Assembly: GCA_030583785.1 (NCBI GenBank)
Contig: CP129475.1
Span: 415,559 to 479,558 of the forward strand
Length of the DNA: 64,000 nucleotides
Reading direction: 5' to 3'
Source: Candidatus Dojkabacteria bacterium
GTDB taxonomy: Bacteria > Patescibacteriota > Dojkabacteria > B142 > OLB20
Made by a program: the position numbers and the translations under genes. The notes under the pieces were generated by a model. It had not been told where the DNA came from, made no database searches, and saw only the letters and a list, made by a program, of their open reading frames with translations. Of this stretch, positions 17,236-26,768 are shown one piece after another (within the stretch, counting starts at the first letter, position 1; each line of letters starts with the position of its first letter).

Positions 17236-17659
17236 TTACTCCTCTATTATTTATACTTATTACCCATTGCTCGGACTCTGGATTTGTTATTGTTATTGAT
17301 CCAGTATTTGATGTATTGCCTATTACGGGATTAAAAATTACTTCGCTTAATCCGGTGAATGCAAGCTCGTTAGAAACAGTTGTAATCTCATCAAAGTCAG
17401 GATTTCTGGTTAAGTAAGTTTGACCTCGAAAAACCGTAATCGAACCGTTCTGGAAATATACCCCCCAATATGAATCGTTTTCGCCTGTTTGAGATAAAAC
17501 CTGGGCCCTTCTTAACGATTGTACAGAAGCCTGTACCGCAACATCTAAATCATTTGATCCTACAATCCGACCTAGAAATGGTGCCGATACTGCAAATATT
17601 AGAGAAAACAGCGAAATCGCCAGTAGAACCTCGATTAATGTAAATGCTTTGATCCTCAT
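17225..17659 (-). CDS. Type IV pilin-like protein (prepilin-type N-terminus)
   Basis: MRIKA/FTLIEVLLAISLFSLIFAVSAP is a canonical FTLIE pilin N-terminus with Ala at -1. The protein is 144 aa. Confidence 0.75.
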   Translation of the reverse strand: MRIKAFTLIEVLLAISLFSLIFAVSAPFLGRIVGSNDLDVAVQASVQSLRRAQVLSQTGENDSYWGVYFQNGSITVFRGQTYLTRNPDFDEITTVSNELAFTGLSEVIFNPVIGNTSNTGSITITNPESEQWVISINNRGVIDY

Positions 17660-17663
17660 AATC

Positions 17664-19058
17664 CTAACTACCAGAATTATCTTCTATATAAATTTCTTCT
17701 ACCCAGCCTCTAGGTTTACCGCTAGTATTAACGATTAAATACCAACCATTACTTTTTCCTTCATATAACAAGGTTCTTTCTTCACTAATTGTCTCTATAA
17801 CATTACCGTCTGGTTGATTGTATAACTCTATTGTTCGGAACTCGTCCTTAATGGTTATCTGTCTGAAGATCTGCATAGTAGGAACCGGTGTAGCTGTAGA
17901 TGTATTAGTTGCACTGGTATATCTGGCCTGACCTACGCCACCCACCAGATTATAAACAGGAAGGATCACAGATAATGCAACAAAAACGACTCCTAGCCAA
18001 ACAGCTATCAACATTACTGGCTCAAGTAGAACAGAAAGATTTTTACTTGATGTATCAATTCTGTCTTCAAATCTTTCTCCGATTTGTTCAAGAGAATGAA
18101 CAAAATTTCCTGACCTTTCTGCAGCAATTAAAATCTGCTGTACCGGCAGAGGGATTATTTTTCCGATACCCGAGTAGCTTTTAAAAGTATCCGCAAAGGA
18201 ATAGCCATCTTCTATTCTCATGGCCAGATGTAAGTAGAAATTTCGGTAATGATAGAAATCAGATGACTTTACGAGCGAATTGACGGCATCTAAGATAGGA
18301 AGACCTGCTTTAAGCAATGTTCCTAGTAGAAAACCCATTCTGGCAACTTCGATATTGGTAACAATTATTCTCAGTGGTTTTATAGCGAAAATCATTTTTT
18401 GACCAATATGTTTTGATTTTTCGCGCACAAACAAGAATCTGTAAAGAAGGATCACAAAAACAAAAATTAGAGGGACAACAATTATTCCGTATTGAGACAA
18501 GAAGTCACCTAACCCAATAAGGAGCGAGGTTATAACTGGCATCTCGATATTTAATGCTGAATATACTGCTGAAAGTCTTGGGATAACAAAAATAAATATT
18601 CCCAAACCTAAGACTAGAGATAATCCGAGTATAATCGCAGGATAAAGCATTGCCGAAAGAAGTTTTGAACGAAACATTCTATTCTTTTTGATCTGTTCAA
18701 CAACCAAAGCAAGGTTCTCTGGTAACTGTCCGGATTCTTCACCAATTCTGACGAAAGTTACCAAATAACTTTGTACAACTTTATTTCTATCCAGTGATCT
18801 CCAGAGGGGATAGCCGCTGTCGATATCATCGATTACGCTATCAATTATTTCTAAGACCTGCGGTGTCCTGGTATCGAATCGGACTGCATGCAGTGAAGAT
18901 ACAATATCTAACCCTGAATCAACTAGCAAAGCTAGATTTTCGATAAAATCTTCAAGCTCGCGAGATATTCCACCCAATGGAGATGTAAGAGCAAGAAGTA
19001 TCTTCTTATAGAAGGGCTTCTTCTTTTTTTTTGAGAATTCTGTGCTTGACCTTATCAT
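17664..19058 (-). CDS. pilC: Type IV pilus assembly platform protein PilC/GspF family (two T2SSF domains) with extra C-terminal SH3b-like extension
   Basis: It is polytopic with duplicated T2SSF-like halves (LSAMLYPAIILGLSLVLGLGIFIFVIPRL... and ...GNFVHSLEQIGERFEDRI...LLEPVMLIAVWLGVVFVALSVILPVY). About 90 extra residues follow, ending NGWYLIVNTSGKPRGWVEEIYIED. Confidence 0.8.
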   Translation of the reverse strand: MIRSSTEFSKKKKKPFYKKILLALTSPLGGISRELEDFIENLALLVDSGLDIVSSLHAVRFDTRTPQVLEIIDSVIDDIDSGYPLWRSLDRNKVVQSYLVTFVRIGEESGQLPENLALVVEQIKKNRMFRSKLLSAMLYPAIILGLSLVLGLGIFIFVIPRLSAVYSALNIEMPVITSLLIGLGDFLSQYGIIVVPLIFVFVILLYRFLFVREKSKHIGQKMIFAIKPLRIIVTNIEVARMGFLLGTLLKAGLPILDAVNSLVKSSDFYHYRNFYLHLAMRIEDGYSFADTFKSYSGIGKIIPLPVQQILIAAERSGNFVHSLEQIGERFEDRIDTSSKNLSVLLEPVMLIAVWLGVVFVALSVILPVYNLVGGVGQARYTSATNTSTATPVPTMQIFRQITIKDEFRTIELYNQPDGNVIETISEERTLLYEGKSNGWYLIVNTSGKPRGWVEEIYIEDNSGS

Positions 19059-19066
19059 CAGTTTTG

Positions 19067-20746
19067 TTATTTAGTTTTTGATTTAGTTTGCTTCGCTTCA
19101 GTAATCACTGGGGGAGCTACCCTAAGCACCTCTTCGATTGTTGTAATACCCTGTTTAACTTTAACGATTCCATCTTCAAACATAGAATGTGCTCCCTGCT
19201 CTACTGCTAATCTCCAGATATCTGCTGTTGAGGGATCTGCAAGAATAAGGTCTTTCATTTCTCGAGTCATGTTTATGAACTCGAAAATTGCTGATCTGCC
19301 AATATATCCAGAGTTATGACAAGCTGCACAACCTTTTGCCTCATATAGGCTTACTTCATTTTCAGAGAAAACGCCTTTTATTGCCGGAAATTCTTTTTCG
19401 AGGTCTGCCCTTTTAACATTTTTACTTATTCTGCAAGTTTGGCAAATCTTGCGAACAAGTCTTTGAGCAACGATCAGTTCAAGAGTCGAGGCAAGCAAGA
19501 AAGACTCTACTCCCATATCTCTAAGTCTAGGGATTGCAGTGGCAGCATCATTTGCATGAAAAGTAGACAAAAGTAAATGTCCTGTTAATGCAGCATTAAC
19601 TGCAATCTCGGCAGTTTCTTCGTCACGGATTTCTCCGACAAGAATGACATCTGGATCTTGCCTTACAATAGATCGCAACCCTTTAGCAAATGTTAGATTG
19701 GTCTGGGTGTTAACCTGAATATGGTTTACGCCCTTAATCTTATATTCAACCGGATCTTCAATTGTCGTAACATTTACCCCAGGATTATTTAAAATTCTTA
19801 GTACTGAGTAAAGAGTTGAGGTTTTTCCGGAACCGGTCGGACCGGTGACCAAAATCATTCCGAAAGGCCTTTTGGAGGCTGCTATTAAAAGATCTTGATC
19901 ATTTACAGAAAGACCAATTTCTGAAAGAGAAAATCTTTTTACATACTCGGATAAGATTCTGATTGTAATTTTTTCACCATCAAGTGTTGGAATTACTGAC
20001 ACACGCATATCAACAGCCTTGTCACCTTTTCGGATTCGCATTGAACCGTCTTGTGCTGAGGCATGCTCATCGATGCGCATATGTGCATTAACTTTGATCA
20101 GGTTTAAAATGTTTTCATAATATTTCTTTTCGATTCTGGCAGCTTCTTGAAGAACTCCATCAATTCTAATTCTGATGATAACTTCTGTCTCTTGAGGTTC
20201 AAAGTGGATATCTGACGCTCTATCAACTATTGCATCGTCAATAATTTCCACTACGACATCGGGTGCAATACGATCGGATTGTTCGATAATCTTTTTAAAC
20301 CTTGTTTCAAGAGGTTCACGATAATGGACAAGTAAGCTATCAATGTCTTCTGGAAGTGCGTACGCCAGCTTAACATTTCTTGCCTTGTAGACCTGCTTTA
20401 ATAAAGAAACAATCTCTGCATTAGTAGGATCGTCTGTGGCAACTACAACTTCTGATTTATTGTCGACATATTGAACTACTCTGTACTTTTTACCGATTTC
20501 TTTTGGTATAGAAAGGACTTCTTGCCTGGAAGGAATATTCGTATTCAAGTCAGCATAATTAATCCCTAGACTTTCTGCAACTGCTTGACCGATTAAATCT
20601 TTTGTAACTATTCCCTGGGAAAGTAAATACTCAAGAAGATCTCCTTTAGTTTTTGCAACAACCTTTTCGGCAGATACTAATTCTTCTTCTGAGATGTAAC
20701 TGCCTTTTAGCAGTATTTGACGGATTGCTTTATTGTCGAGTTTCAT
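19067..20746 (-). CDS. pilB: Type IV pilus assembly ATPase PilB / GspE family
   Basis: It has an N-terminal T2SSE_N domain and Walker A GPTGSGKTSTLYSVL. Asp box, His box and a tetracysteine-like CQTC...CAAC are present. Confidence 0.9.
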   Translation of the reverse strand: MKLDNKAIRQILLKGSYISEEELVSAEKVVAKTKGDLLEYLLSQGIVTKDLIGQAVAESLGINYADLNTNIPSRQEVLSIPKEIGKKYRVVQYVDNKSEVVVATDDPTNAEIVSLLKQVYKARNVKLAYALPEDIDSLLVHYREPLETRFKKIIEQSDRIAPDVVVEIIDDAIVDRASDIHFEPQETEVIIRIRIDGVLQEAARIEKKYYENILNLIKVNAHMRIDEHASAQDGSMRIRKGDKAVDMRVSVIPTLDGEKITIRILSEYVKRFSLSEIGLSVNDQDLLIAASKRPFGMILVTGPTGSGKTSTLYSVLRILNNPGVNVTTIEDPVEYKIKGVNHIQVNTQTNLTFAKGLRSIVRQDPDVILVGEIRDEETAEIAVNAALTGHLLLSTFHANDAATAIPRLRDMGVESFLLASTLELIVAQRLVRKICQTCRISKNVKRADLEKEFPAIKGVFSENEVSLYEAKGCAACHNSGYIGRSAIFEFINMTREMKDLILADPSTADIWRLAVEQGAHSMFEDGIVKVKQGITTIEEVLRVAPPVITEAKQTKSKTK

Positions 20747-21143
20747 GGGGCAGATATTGATTAATTTGTTGAATTATCGCCGAGAGCGGCGTATTTGATT
20801 TGACATAGTATCCAACTGCCCCTTTGGATTTTGCTTTATCAATATCCTCTTGTTGACTTAAATTTGAACTGACTATGATGGGGGGCAAATTTGGCTTTCC
20901 CTTTATTGCGTCAAGGAAGCCAAAACCATCAAGATTAGGCATAATTAAATCAAGAAGAATAAGATCAAATTTATTTTTTTCGAGTTCACTGATTGCCTGC
21001 ATTCCGTCAGCTGCAACAGTAGCTTCGTAGCCACTACTAGTAAGCTTTAATTGCAAAGCTTTAGCTATCGGTCTTTCGTCTTCTACAATAAGTATTTTGA
21101 GTGCCACTTTTTTATTACCCTTTGATAGGTTAATAATAAACAA
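20730..21143 (-). CDS. Stand-alone response regulator receiver (CheY/PilH-like)
   Basis: ILIVEDERPIAKAL...FDLILLDLIMPNLDGFGFLDAIK...PPIIVSSNLSQQED...K carries the conserved Asp pocket and phospho-acceptor Asp. It has no output domain and overlaps the pilB start by 17 bp. Confidence 0.85.
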   Translation of the reverse strand: MFIINLSKGNKKVALKILIVEDERPIAKALQLKLTSSGYEATVAADGMQAISELEKNKFDLILLDLIMPNLDGFGFLDAIKGKPNLPPIIVSSNLSQQEDIDKAKSKGAVGYYVKSNTPLSAIIQQINQYLPHETRQ

Positions 21144-21174
21144 TTTATCTCTACTAGTCTACACAATTAAGCTT

Positions 21175-22497
21175 TCAAGAGCGAATTTTATCAATTTCTC
21201 TAAATCGAGCCTGTTCTTTAACAAAGAATAGTTCAACAGCGCCAGTAGGTCCGTTTCTATGCTTTGCTATAGTAAGCATTCTGTTATCCGAACTGTTTTC
21301 TTCGTCGCCCCCTACCTTGCTAAGAAATAATACAACATCCGCATCTTGTTCTATTGAACCGGAATCTCTTAGATCAGATAGTTGCGGGACACCGTCACCG
21401 CCACGCTGTTCAACCGATCTAGAAAGCTGAGAAAGAGCAATGACTGGTACATCTAATTCACGAGCTAAGGATTTTAGAAACCTAGATATTTCCGATACTT
21501 CTTGTACCCTGCTCTCTTGTCTTCTTCCCTGCATTAGCTGTAGATAGTCGACAATTATTAAATCCAGACTATTTTCAACCTTCAACCTTCTGGCTTTTGT
21601 TCGCATTTCCATAATGCCAATACCTGGAGTATCGTCAATGAACAAATTTGCTTCTGACAACATTCCCATAGCCTCGGATAACCTAGAAAAACCTTCATCG
21701 GAAATTCTTCCCATCCTTAAATCCCAAAGACCTATACCAACTTGCATAGATAGAAGCCTATCCATAAGCTGAGTTCCAGACATTTCAAGAGAAAATACAC
21801 CAACACTCTTTCCTTCAATTACTGATGCGTGCCTTGCTAAATCAAGAGAAAATGCAGTTTTTCCGACCGAAGGTCTTGCCGCAAGAATTATCAAATCTGA
21901 CTTTTGGAGACCACCAAGAAGAGAATCAAGATAACTAAAACCTGTTGGAATACCACGAAGTTGGCCTTGATTCTTGTTTAACTCTTCGGCCATCTCGTAC
22001 GACTGCTCCAAAAGCTTAGAAATATGAATAAAGTCTCGATCTAAGCTAGATTCAGAGATACCAAGTAGTTCTCTTTCTGCTCCGTCAAGTAGCACTTCAA
22101 GATCTTCGTCTTCTTGATAAGCCATTTCATCAAGCTTGGCGGCCATATGAATCATTCTACGACGCATACTTGCCTCTTTTATCAGTTTTCCATACTCTTC
22201 TACATGAGCAGCTGTAGGCACACCCGCCACAAGCTCTGACAAAAAAGCTGATCCACCGATCTTATCAAACACCTTTCTTTTTTTAAGCTGAGAAGAAAGG
22301 GTTAAAATATCGATGGCTTTTCTTTCGGACATTAAGTCAATGATTGCTTGATAAACAATTCTATGGGTATCTTTATAAAAATGTTCCGGTTCTAAGAATT
22401 CTGCAACCTTGTAAACAGCCTCTTGATCTAAAAGCATTGCTCCAAGAACAGATTGCTCTGCTTCGTTATTCTGCGGAGGAAGTTTTAACTCCGGCAT
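21175..22497 (-). CDS. dnaB: Replicative DNA helicase DnaB
   Basis: The N-terminus LPPQNNEAEQSVLGAMLLDQEA matches DnaB. Walker A is ARPSVGKTAFSLDLA, and a RecA-like C-terminal domain follows. Confidence 0.9.
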   Translation of the reverse strand: MPELKLPPQNNEAEQSVLGAMLLDQEAVYKVAEFLEPEHFYKDTHRIVYQAIIDLMSERKAIDILTLSSQLKKRKVFDKIGGSAFLSELVAGVPTAAHVEEYGKLIKEASMRRRMIHMAAKLDEMAYQEDEDLEVLLDGAERELLGISESSLDRDFIHISKLLEQSYEMAEELNKNQGQLRGIPTGFSYLDSLLGGLQKSDLIILAARPSVGKTAFSLDLARHASVIEGKSVGVFSLEMSGTQLMDRLLSMQVGIGLWDLRMGRISDEGFSRLSEAMGMLSEANLFIDDTPGIGIMEMRTKARRLKVENSLDLIIVDYLQLMQGRRQESRVQEVSEISRFLKSLARELDVPVIALSQLSRSVEQRGGDGVPQLSDLRDSGSIEQDADVVLFLSKVGGDEENSSDNRMLTIAKHRNGPTGAVELFFVKEQARFREIDKIRS

Positions 22498-22500
22498 TGT

Positions 22501-23058
22501 TTAATCAGATAAAAGATACAATGAAGTACTATGCTCTTCGTCTGCAAAATCTGATTCAACAAATTTAAATTTACTTTCTTTTTGTGGAAGTTCTACTCCA
22601 AGCTCTGCGGCAATCTTTTTTGAAAGCTCCTCGTTTGCCCCTAAGGGAAGAAAAATGTAGGGATCAAAAATTGAGATCATTTCTAATCTCTGCTGATAAT
22701 CTTTTTCGTCGTAGAAGTCTACAACCAGAATATGGTCTATTCCAACTTGCTCTGCAACTTTGGGATCTATCTTTTTTGTGTTTGCATCTAGATACACTAT
22801 TTGAATTTGTTCTAGATTGACGCTAAACATATTTGCCTCTGTACTTTCGTTGGTATCAAGAGCATAAATAAAGACTCCCTTAGCTTCATATTCACCAGGA
22901 TGAGTTATTAACAAGCTATCTTCTGCAGATTCGACTTGTTTACCACTAAGCACAATATCTTGATCAAACTTTTTAGTTTTCGAAGAAGTACCAACAATTG
23001 CGACTGAAACATTTGCACCCCTGAGAATTAAATTATTCTTTTCGGATTTAATAAGCAT
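22501..23058 (-). CDS. Hypothetical protein (185 aa), 3 bp downstream of dnaB
   Basis: It is acidic with no TM and no motif I can name. Confidence 0.35.
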   Translation of the reverse strand: MLIKSEKNNLILRGANVSVAIVGTSSKTKKFDQDIVLSGKQVESAEDSLLITHPGEYEAKGVFIYALDTNESTEANMFSVNLEQIQIVYLDANTKKIDPKVAEQVGIDHILVVDFYDEKDYQQRLEMISIFDPYIFLPLGANEELSKKIAAELGVELPQKESKFKFVESDFADEEHSTSLYLLSD

Positions 23059-23204
23059 GATGATTTATCTATCAATTAGAAATTTATTATACACGACTGT
23101 CAACAGACTTTGAATAGTTGTTACGATTAACTACTTTTACAATCTAAAGTGACAAAGAAGATATGATTCGTAACCTTTGTTGTAATAAGTGGATATCTCC
23201 CAGA

Positions 23205-24440
23205 TTATTCTAGTCTATCAGATCCAATAAAGACGATCGCCTGAACAGTTTCGTCCTCTGGCAATGCTTCACCATCTGGTAATTCGGATCGTAGAGGGTA
23301 CCCCAGACTATCTGCAAGCTTCTGCACGGCCTCGTTCTCGCCTGCGCTCAGATCGAGAACAAAGCTTTCTTCATATCTAAAATCAGAAGTCGACCTTTTG
23401 GAAACACTGTAAGCAGAACTAAGACCGGTCAATTCTTTTTGCACCTGGAGAGTAATACCGCTAGCGTCTGTACCATTTCGAATTTCGATAAACAGACTTT
23501 CTTCAGTTGTGGTAGGAACAACCGTAGCTACCGGACTAGTATCTGTAGTTACAGGACTTAATCCTTCAAAAACTACTGCCGAACTTTGGAGCAAAGTATT
23601 TGGATCGGATATCTGCCCCATATTTACTATCTTGTTTAGTTGAGCCCTATAAACAATGACAAGATTTGCAGAACGAAACACGATAAGGTTATCGCCATTT
23701 GCAGTGAATCTATGCAGCGAACTGTCTAACCCTCGTAGAACTTCTGAGTCAGAGACCAAACCAACAAGCGGTTCCTCACCTAAAGGAAGTTGAACTAGCC
23801 GATCAACAGAAGCTAACACTTCAGAAGATCCATTATTGTTTGACCCGTTAAAAACCACTACTGCAGCCATAACCAATATGACAAGAACCAAAATGCCTAC
23901 AATAATATAAAATCCTTTCTTTGACTCTTTGTTTTGTTGACCTGGCCTATCTCCAAGTGCCTCGTCGGCTGCAGAAGAAGAATTCATCAAAGAGGCAAAA
24001 CTAACCTTTTCTTCTGCCTCCGAAGTATTATTAGATTCATCCTGCCCGGCTTCTTGAACATTGTCAGGTTGTGATTGAGCTTCGTCTATTTGCTCAGCTT
24101 CGCCTTCCTGAACTACCGCCTTTTCTTCACTGGGTTCCTCTTCTTCAGCTTGCTTAACCTGAGAGCCAAAAATCGAACGGTTTCTTTCTTCCTTTGACTC
24201 ATCAGCGACTTGCTCATCGGCAACCCGCTCGTTAACTACTTCTTCTGGCTCTCGGGCTTCGGGTTGAGATATTACCTTCTTAGCTGGAGCAAGGAATGTT
24301 GGAACGAACTTTTCCTCCTTAGTTGCAGACACTTCCTTTTTGGCTTTAATAGCTGGCTTTTTTTCTTTTGTTTCGATTTTTTTGGGCATGGAATTACATT
24401 TATTAAGTGTATAACAATAAGTTAACGAAAGCTTAGGCAC
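23205..24440 (-). CDS. Membrane-anchored protein with long acidic low-complexity region and C-terminal LytR_C domain; likely start at MPKKIE (about 24389)
   Basis: A Lys/Glu-rich N-terminus and a TM helix (FYIIVGILVLVILVMAAVVVF) are followed by a C-terminal LFIEIRNGTDASGITLQVQKELTGL...AIVFIGSDRLE, matching the LytR C-terminal domain pattern. Confidence 0.45.
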   Translation of the reverse strand: MPKLSLTYCYTLNKCNSMPKKIETKEKKPAIKAKKEVSATKEEKFVPTFLAPAKKVISQPEAREPEEVVNERVADEQVADESKEERNRSIFGSQVKQAEEEEPSEEKAVVQEGEAEQIDEAQSQPDNVQEAGQDESNNTSEAEEKVSFASLMNSSSAADEALGDRPGQQNKESKKGFYIIVGILVLVILVMAAVVVFNGSNNNGSSEVLASVDRLVQLPLGEEPLVGLVSDSEVLRGLDSSLHRFTANGDNLIVFRSANLVIVYRAQLNKIVNMGQISDPNTLLQSSAVVFEGLSPVTTDTSPVATVVPTTTEESLFIEIRNGTDASGITLQVQKELTGLSSAYSVSKRSTSDFRYEESFVLDLSAGENEAVQKLADSLGYPLRSELPDGEALPEDETVQAIVFIGSDRLE

Positions 24441-24501
24441 TAGTCAAGAAAAGACTTGCTTAAATAATGGCACTACTGCTATAATTACGACGCTTAGAAA
24501 T

Positions 24502-24822
24502 ATGAAAAAAGACATTCATCCAAAACTTTATAAAAACGCCAAAGTGACAGATGTTTCAACAGGTCAAACATTCACTTTAGCAAGCACCAAAGAAGAAATC
24601 GTAGTAGATGTTACCAACCTTTCACATCCATTCTATACCGGTCAACACCGTATTGTTGACACAGAAAACCTTGTTAAGAAGTTCGAAGAAAAACGAAAAG
24701 TAGCAGACGGCAAAGAAGTTCGAAAAAAATCAGATAAACGCAACGCCAGAAACAGAAAAGTTAGCGAAATCAAAGGTGGCAACAAGCTTACCTTAAAAGA
24801 TATGCTTAGCCAAATTAAGTAG
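24502..24822 (+). CDS. rpmE: 50S ribosomal protein L31 (non-zinc, type B-like) with Lys-rich C-terminal extension
   Basis: MKKDIHPKLYKN...HPFYTGQHRIVDTENLVKKFEE is the L31 signature without the CxxC pair. About 35 extra basic residues follow. Confidence 0.8.
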   Translation: MKKDIHPKLYKNAKVTDVSTGQTFTLASTKEEIVVDVTNLSHPFYTGQHRIVDTENLVKKFEEKRKVADGKEVRKKSDKRNARNRKVSEIKGGNKLTLKDMLSQIK

Positions 24823-24871
24823 ATATTCCCTACTCTTCAAACTATAATACCTAATGTAGGTAAATTTTCTC

Positions 24872-25921
24872 ATGCAAGAAAAAATCAACAAAGTTATTGA
24901 AAGATACAAAGAAATAAACGAGCTTCTTTCTGCTCCTGATACACACGCCAAGCCGAACCTAATTAAAACTCTCGCTATAGAACAAGCTGCATTAGAAGAT
25001 CTTTATAATCTTGCCGAAAAACACAACAAACTTCAAAAAGAGTTAACCGAATTAAAAGAAATGATCGCAACAGAGTCAGATCACGAAATGCTCAATCTGT
25101 TAAACGAATCACAACTTGAAGTATCCGAAGAATTAACCGCAACATTAGAAGCCTTTGAAAAACTAGCCAGAAAGGCAGACCCAAATGCCACTCGCAGTGT
25201 TATTATCGAAATTCGTGCCGGAACTGGCGGAGAAGAAGCCGCACTTTTTGCAGCAGAACTCTATCGAATGTACCTGCGCTATGCAGAACATAACAACTGG
25301 AAGACTGAGCAATTATCATTAAACCACTCTTCCACAGGCGGACTTAAAGAAGTGATTTTTCTAATTGAAGGTGCTGCTTATGGCAAATTAAAATTCGAGA
25401 GTGGTGTGCATCGAGTGCAAAGAGTCCCTGCAACAGAAGCCTCTGGCAGAATACATACATCTGCATCATCGGTTGTTGTTCTTCCTGAGGCCGAGGATGT
25501 CGAAATCGATATAAAGGAAGAAGATCTTAAAGTTGATGTTTATCGCTCTAGCGGTCCTGGTGGACAAAGTGTTAACACCACAGATTCAGCTGTTCGCATC
25601 ACTCATATACCAACCGGTATCGTTGTTACCTGCCAAGACGAAAAGTCACAGTTAAAAAACAAGAAAAAAGCCCTGTCTGTCCTTAAAAGCAGACTTTATG
25701 ATATGGAACTTCAAAAACAGCAGGACAGCGAAAGAAGCAAAAGGCAATCTGCGATAGCAGGTGGAGACAGATCCGCAAAGATTCGTACATACAATTTCCC
25801 TCAAAGTCGAGTAACAGACCATAGAATCAAGGTCAGTTGGCATAATTTAAACGAAATCATGGATGGATATCTCGATGCGATTATTGAATCTTTACAAGAA
25901 GCTTTAGCCAATGAATCTTAA
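24872..25921 (+). CDS. prfA: Peptide chain release factor 1
   Basis: The tripeptide anticodon region RVPATEASGRIHTS (PxT type) marks it as RF1. The GGQ motif is in SGPGGQSVNTTDSAVRITHIPTG. Confidence 0.9.
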   Translation: MQEKINKVIERYKEINELLSAPDTHAKPNLIKTLAIEQAALEDLYNLAEKHNKLQKELTELKEMIATESDHEMLNLLNESQLEVSEELTATLEAFEKLARKADPNATRSVIIEIRAGTGGEEAALFAAELYRMYLRYAEHNNWKTEQLSLNHSSTGGLKEVIFLIEGAAYGKLKFESGVHRVQRVPATEASGRIHTSASSVVVLPEAEDVEIDIKEEDLKVDVYRSSGPGGQSVNTTDSAVRITHIPTGIVVTCQDEKSQLKNKKKALSVLKSRLYDMELQKQQDSERSKRQSAIAGGDRSAKIRTYNFPQSRVTDHRIKVSWHNLNEIMDGYLDAIIESLQEALANES

Positions 25922-26768
25922 AGCCGCTATCGTCTTTGTAAAACGAGCGCTCCAAGGTCTTAATACAGATATTGAAACTGAATCAAGCATTCTTGTTTCT
26001 TATGTTTGCTCCATAAGAAAAGAAGATATCTTTAAAGACCCTGAAAAAGAGCTTAGTTCTGACGAAATAGAACTATTAGAACAATTGGTTCTACAAAGGA
26101 AAGGAAATACACCTCTCCACTATCTTATCGGCAATAAAGACTTTTATGGCAGGAATTATCGCCTCAACGAATCCGTCTTAATTCCAAGACCCGAAACCGA
26201 AGAATTGTGTTGGCATGCAATAAAATATGCCTCTATACTCAGAAAACCCTTCAAAGTTCTAGATATTGGAACAGGAAGTGGTGTAATTGCCATTACCCTT
26301 GCAGCAGAATTGAGCCAAGCGAGAATTGATGCCATCGATATCTCTTCTGAAGCAATAATAGTTGCGAAAGAGAATGCGAAAAATTTGCTTAATCGTGATC
26401 AAGACAGAATAAATTTCTACAATATTGGTATTGAAAACTATAATCCCCAAAACCAATACGACATAATTATCAGCAATCCTCCTTACATACCTATAGGAGA
26501 GGGCTCTGAACTAATGCCAGAAGTAAAAAAAGAGCCTGCTTCTGCGTTATTTGCTGGAGAAGATGGTCTGGATATTTACAAAAAGATATATAAACAGCTA
26601 CCGCAACTTACAACAAGCCAGGCTCGAGTATATCTAGAAATACACAGCCCAAACTTAGGACAGAACATAAATCTTGTCAGAAAAATGTTGCCAAGTTGGC
26701 AAATAGTCACATATAAAGATCTTCAAGGCAGAGATAGGATACTCGAAATTATTCGCGCTCAGCAATAG
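25911..26768 (+). CDS. prmC: Release factor glutamine N5-methyltransferase PrmC (HemK)
   Basis: The SAM-binding motif VLDIGTGSGVIAI and substrate motif IISNPPYIP are present. It overlaps the prfA stop by 11 bp. Confidence 0.85.
   Translation: MNLKAAIVFVKRALQGLNTDIETESSILVSYVCSIRKEDIFKDPEKELSSDEIELLEQLVLQRKGNTPLHYLIGNKDFYGRNYRLNESVLIPRPETEELCWHAIKYASILRKPFKVLDIGTGSGVIAITLAAELSQARIDAIDISSEAIIVAKENAKNLLNRDQDRINFYNIGIENYNPQNQYDIIISNPPYIPIGEGSELMPEVKKEPASALFAGEDGLDIYKKIYKQLPQLTTSQARVYLEIHSPNLGQNINLVRKMLPSWQIVTYKDLQGRDRILEIIRAQQ

Noticed and set aside
22501-23058. Possibility that the 185-aa protein after dnaB is ribosomal protein L9 (rplI-dnaB linkage is common)
   Set aside because: The sequence does not match the L9 N-terminal MKVILL.DV..LGK.GDVV.V pattern, and the gene lies downstream rather than upstream of dnaB. 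It is left as hypothetical.
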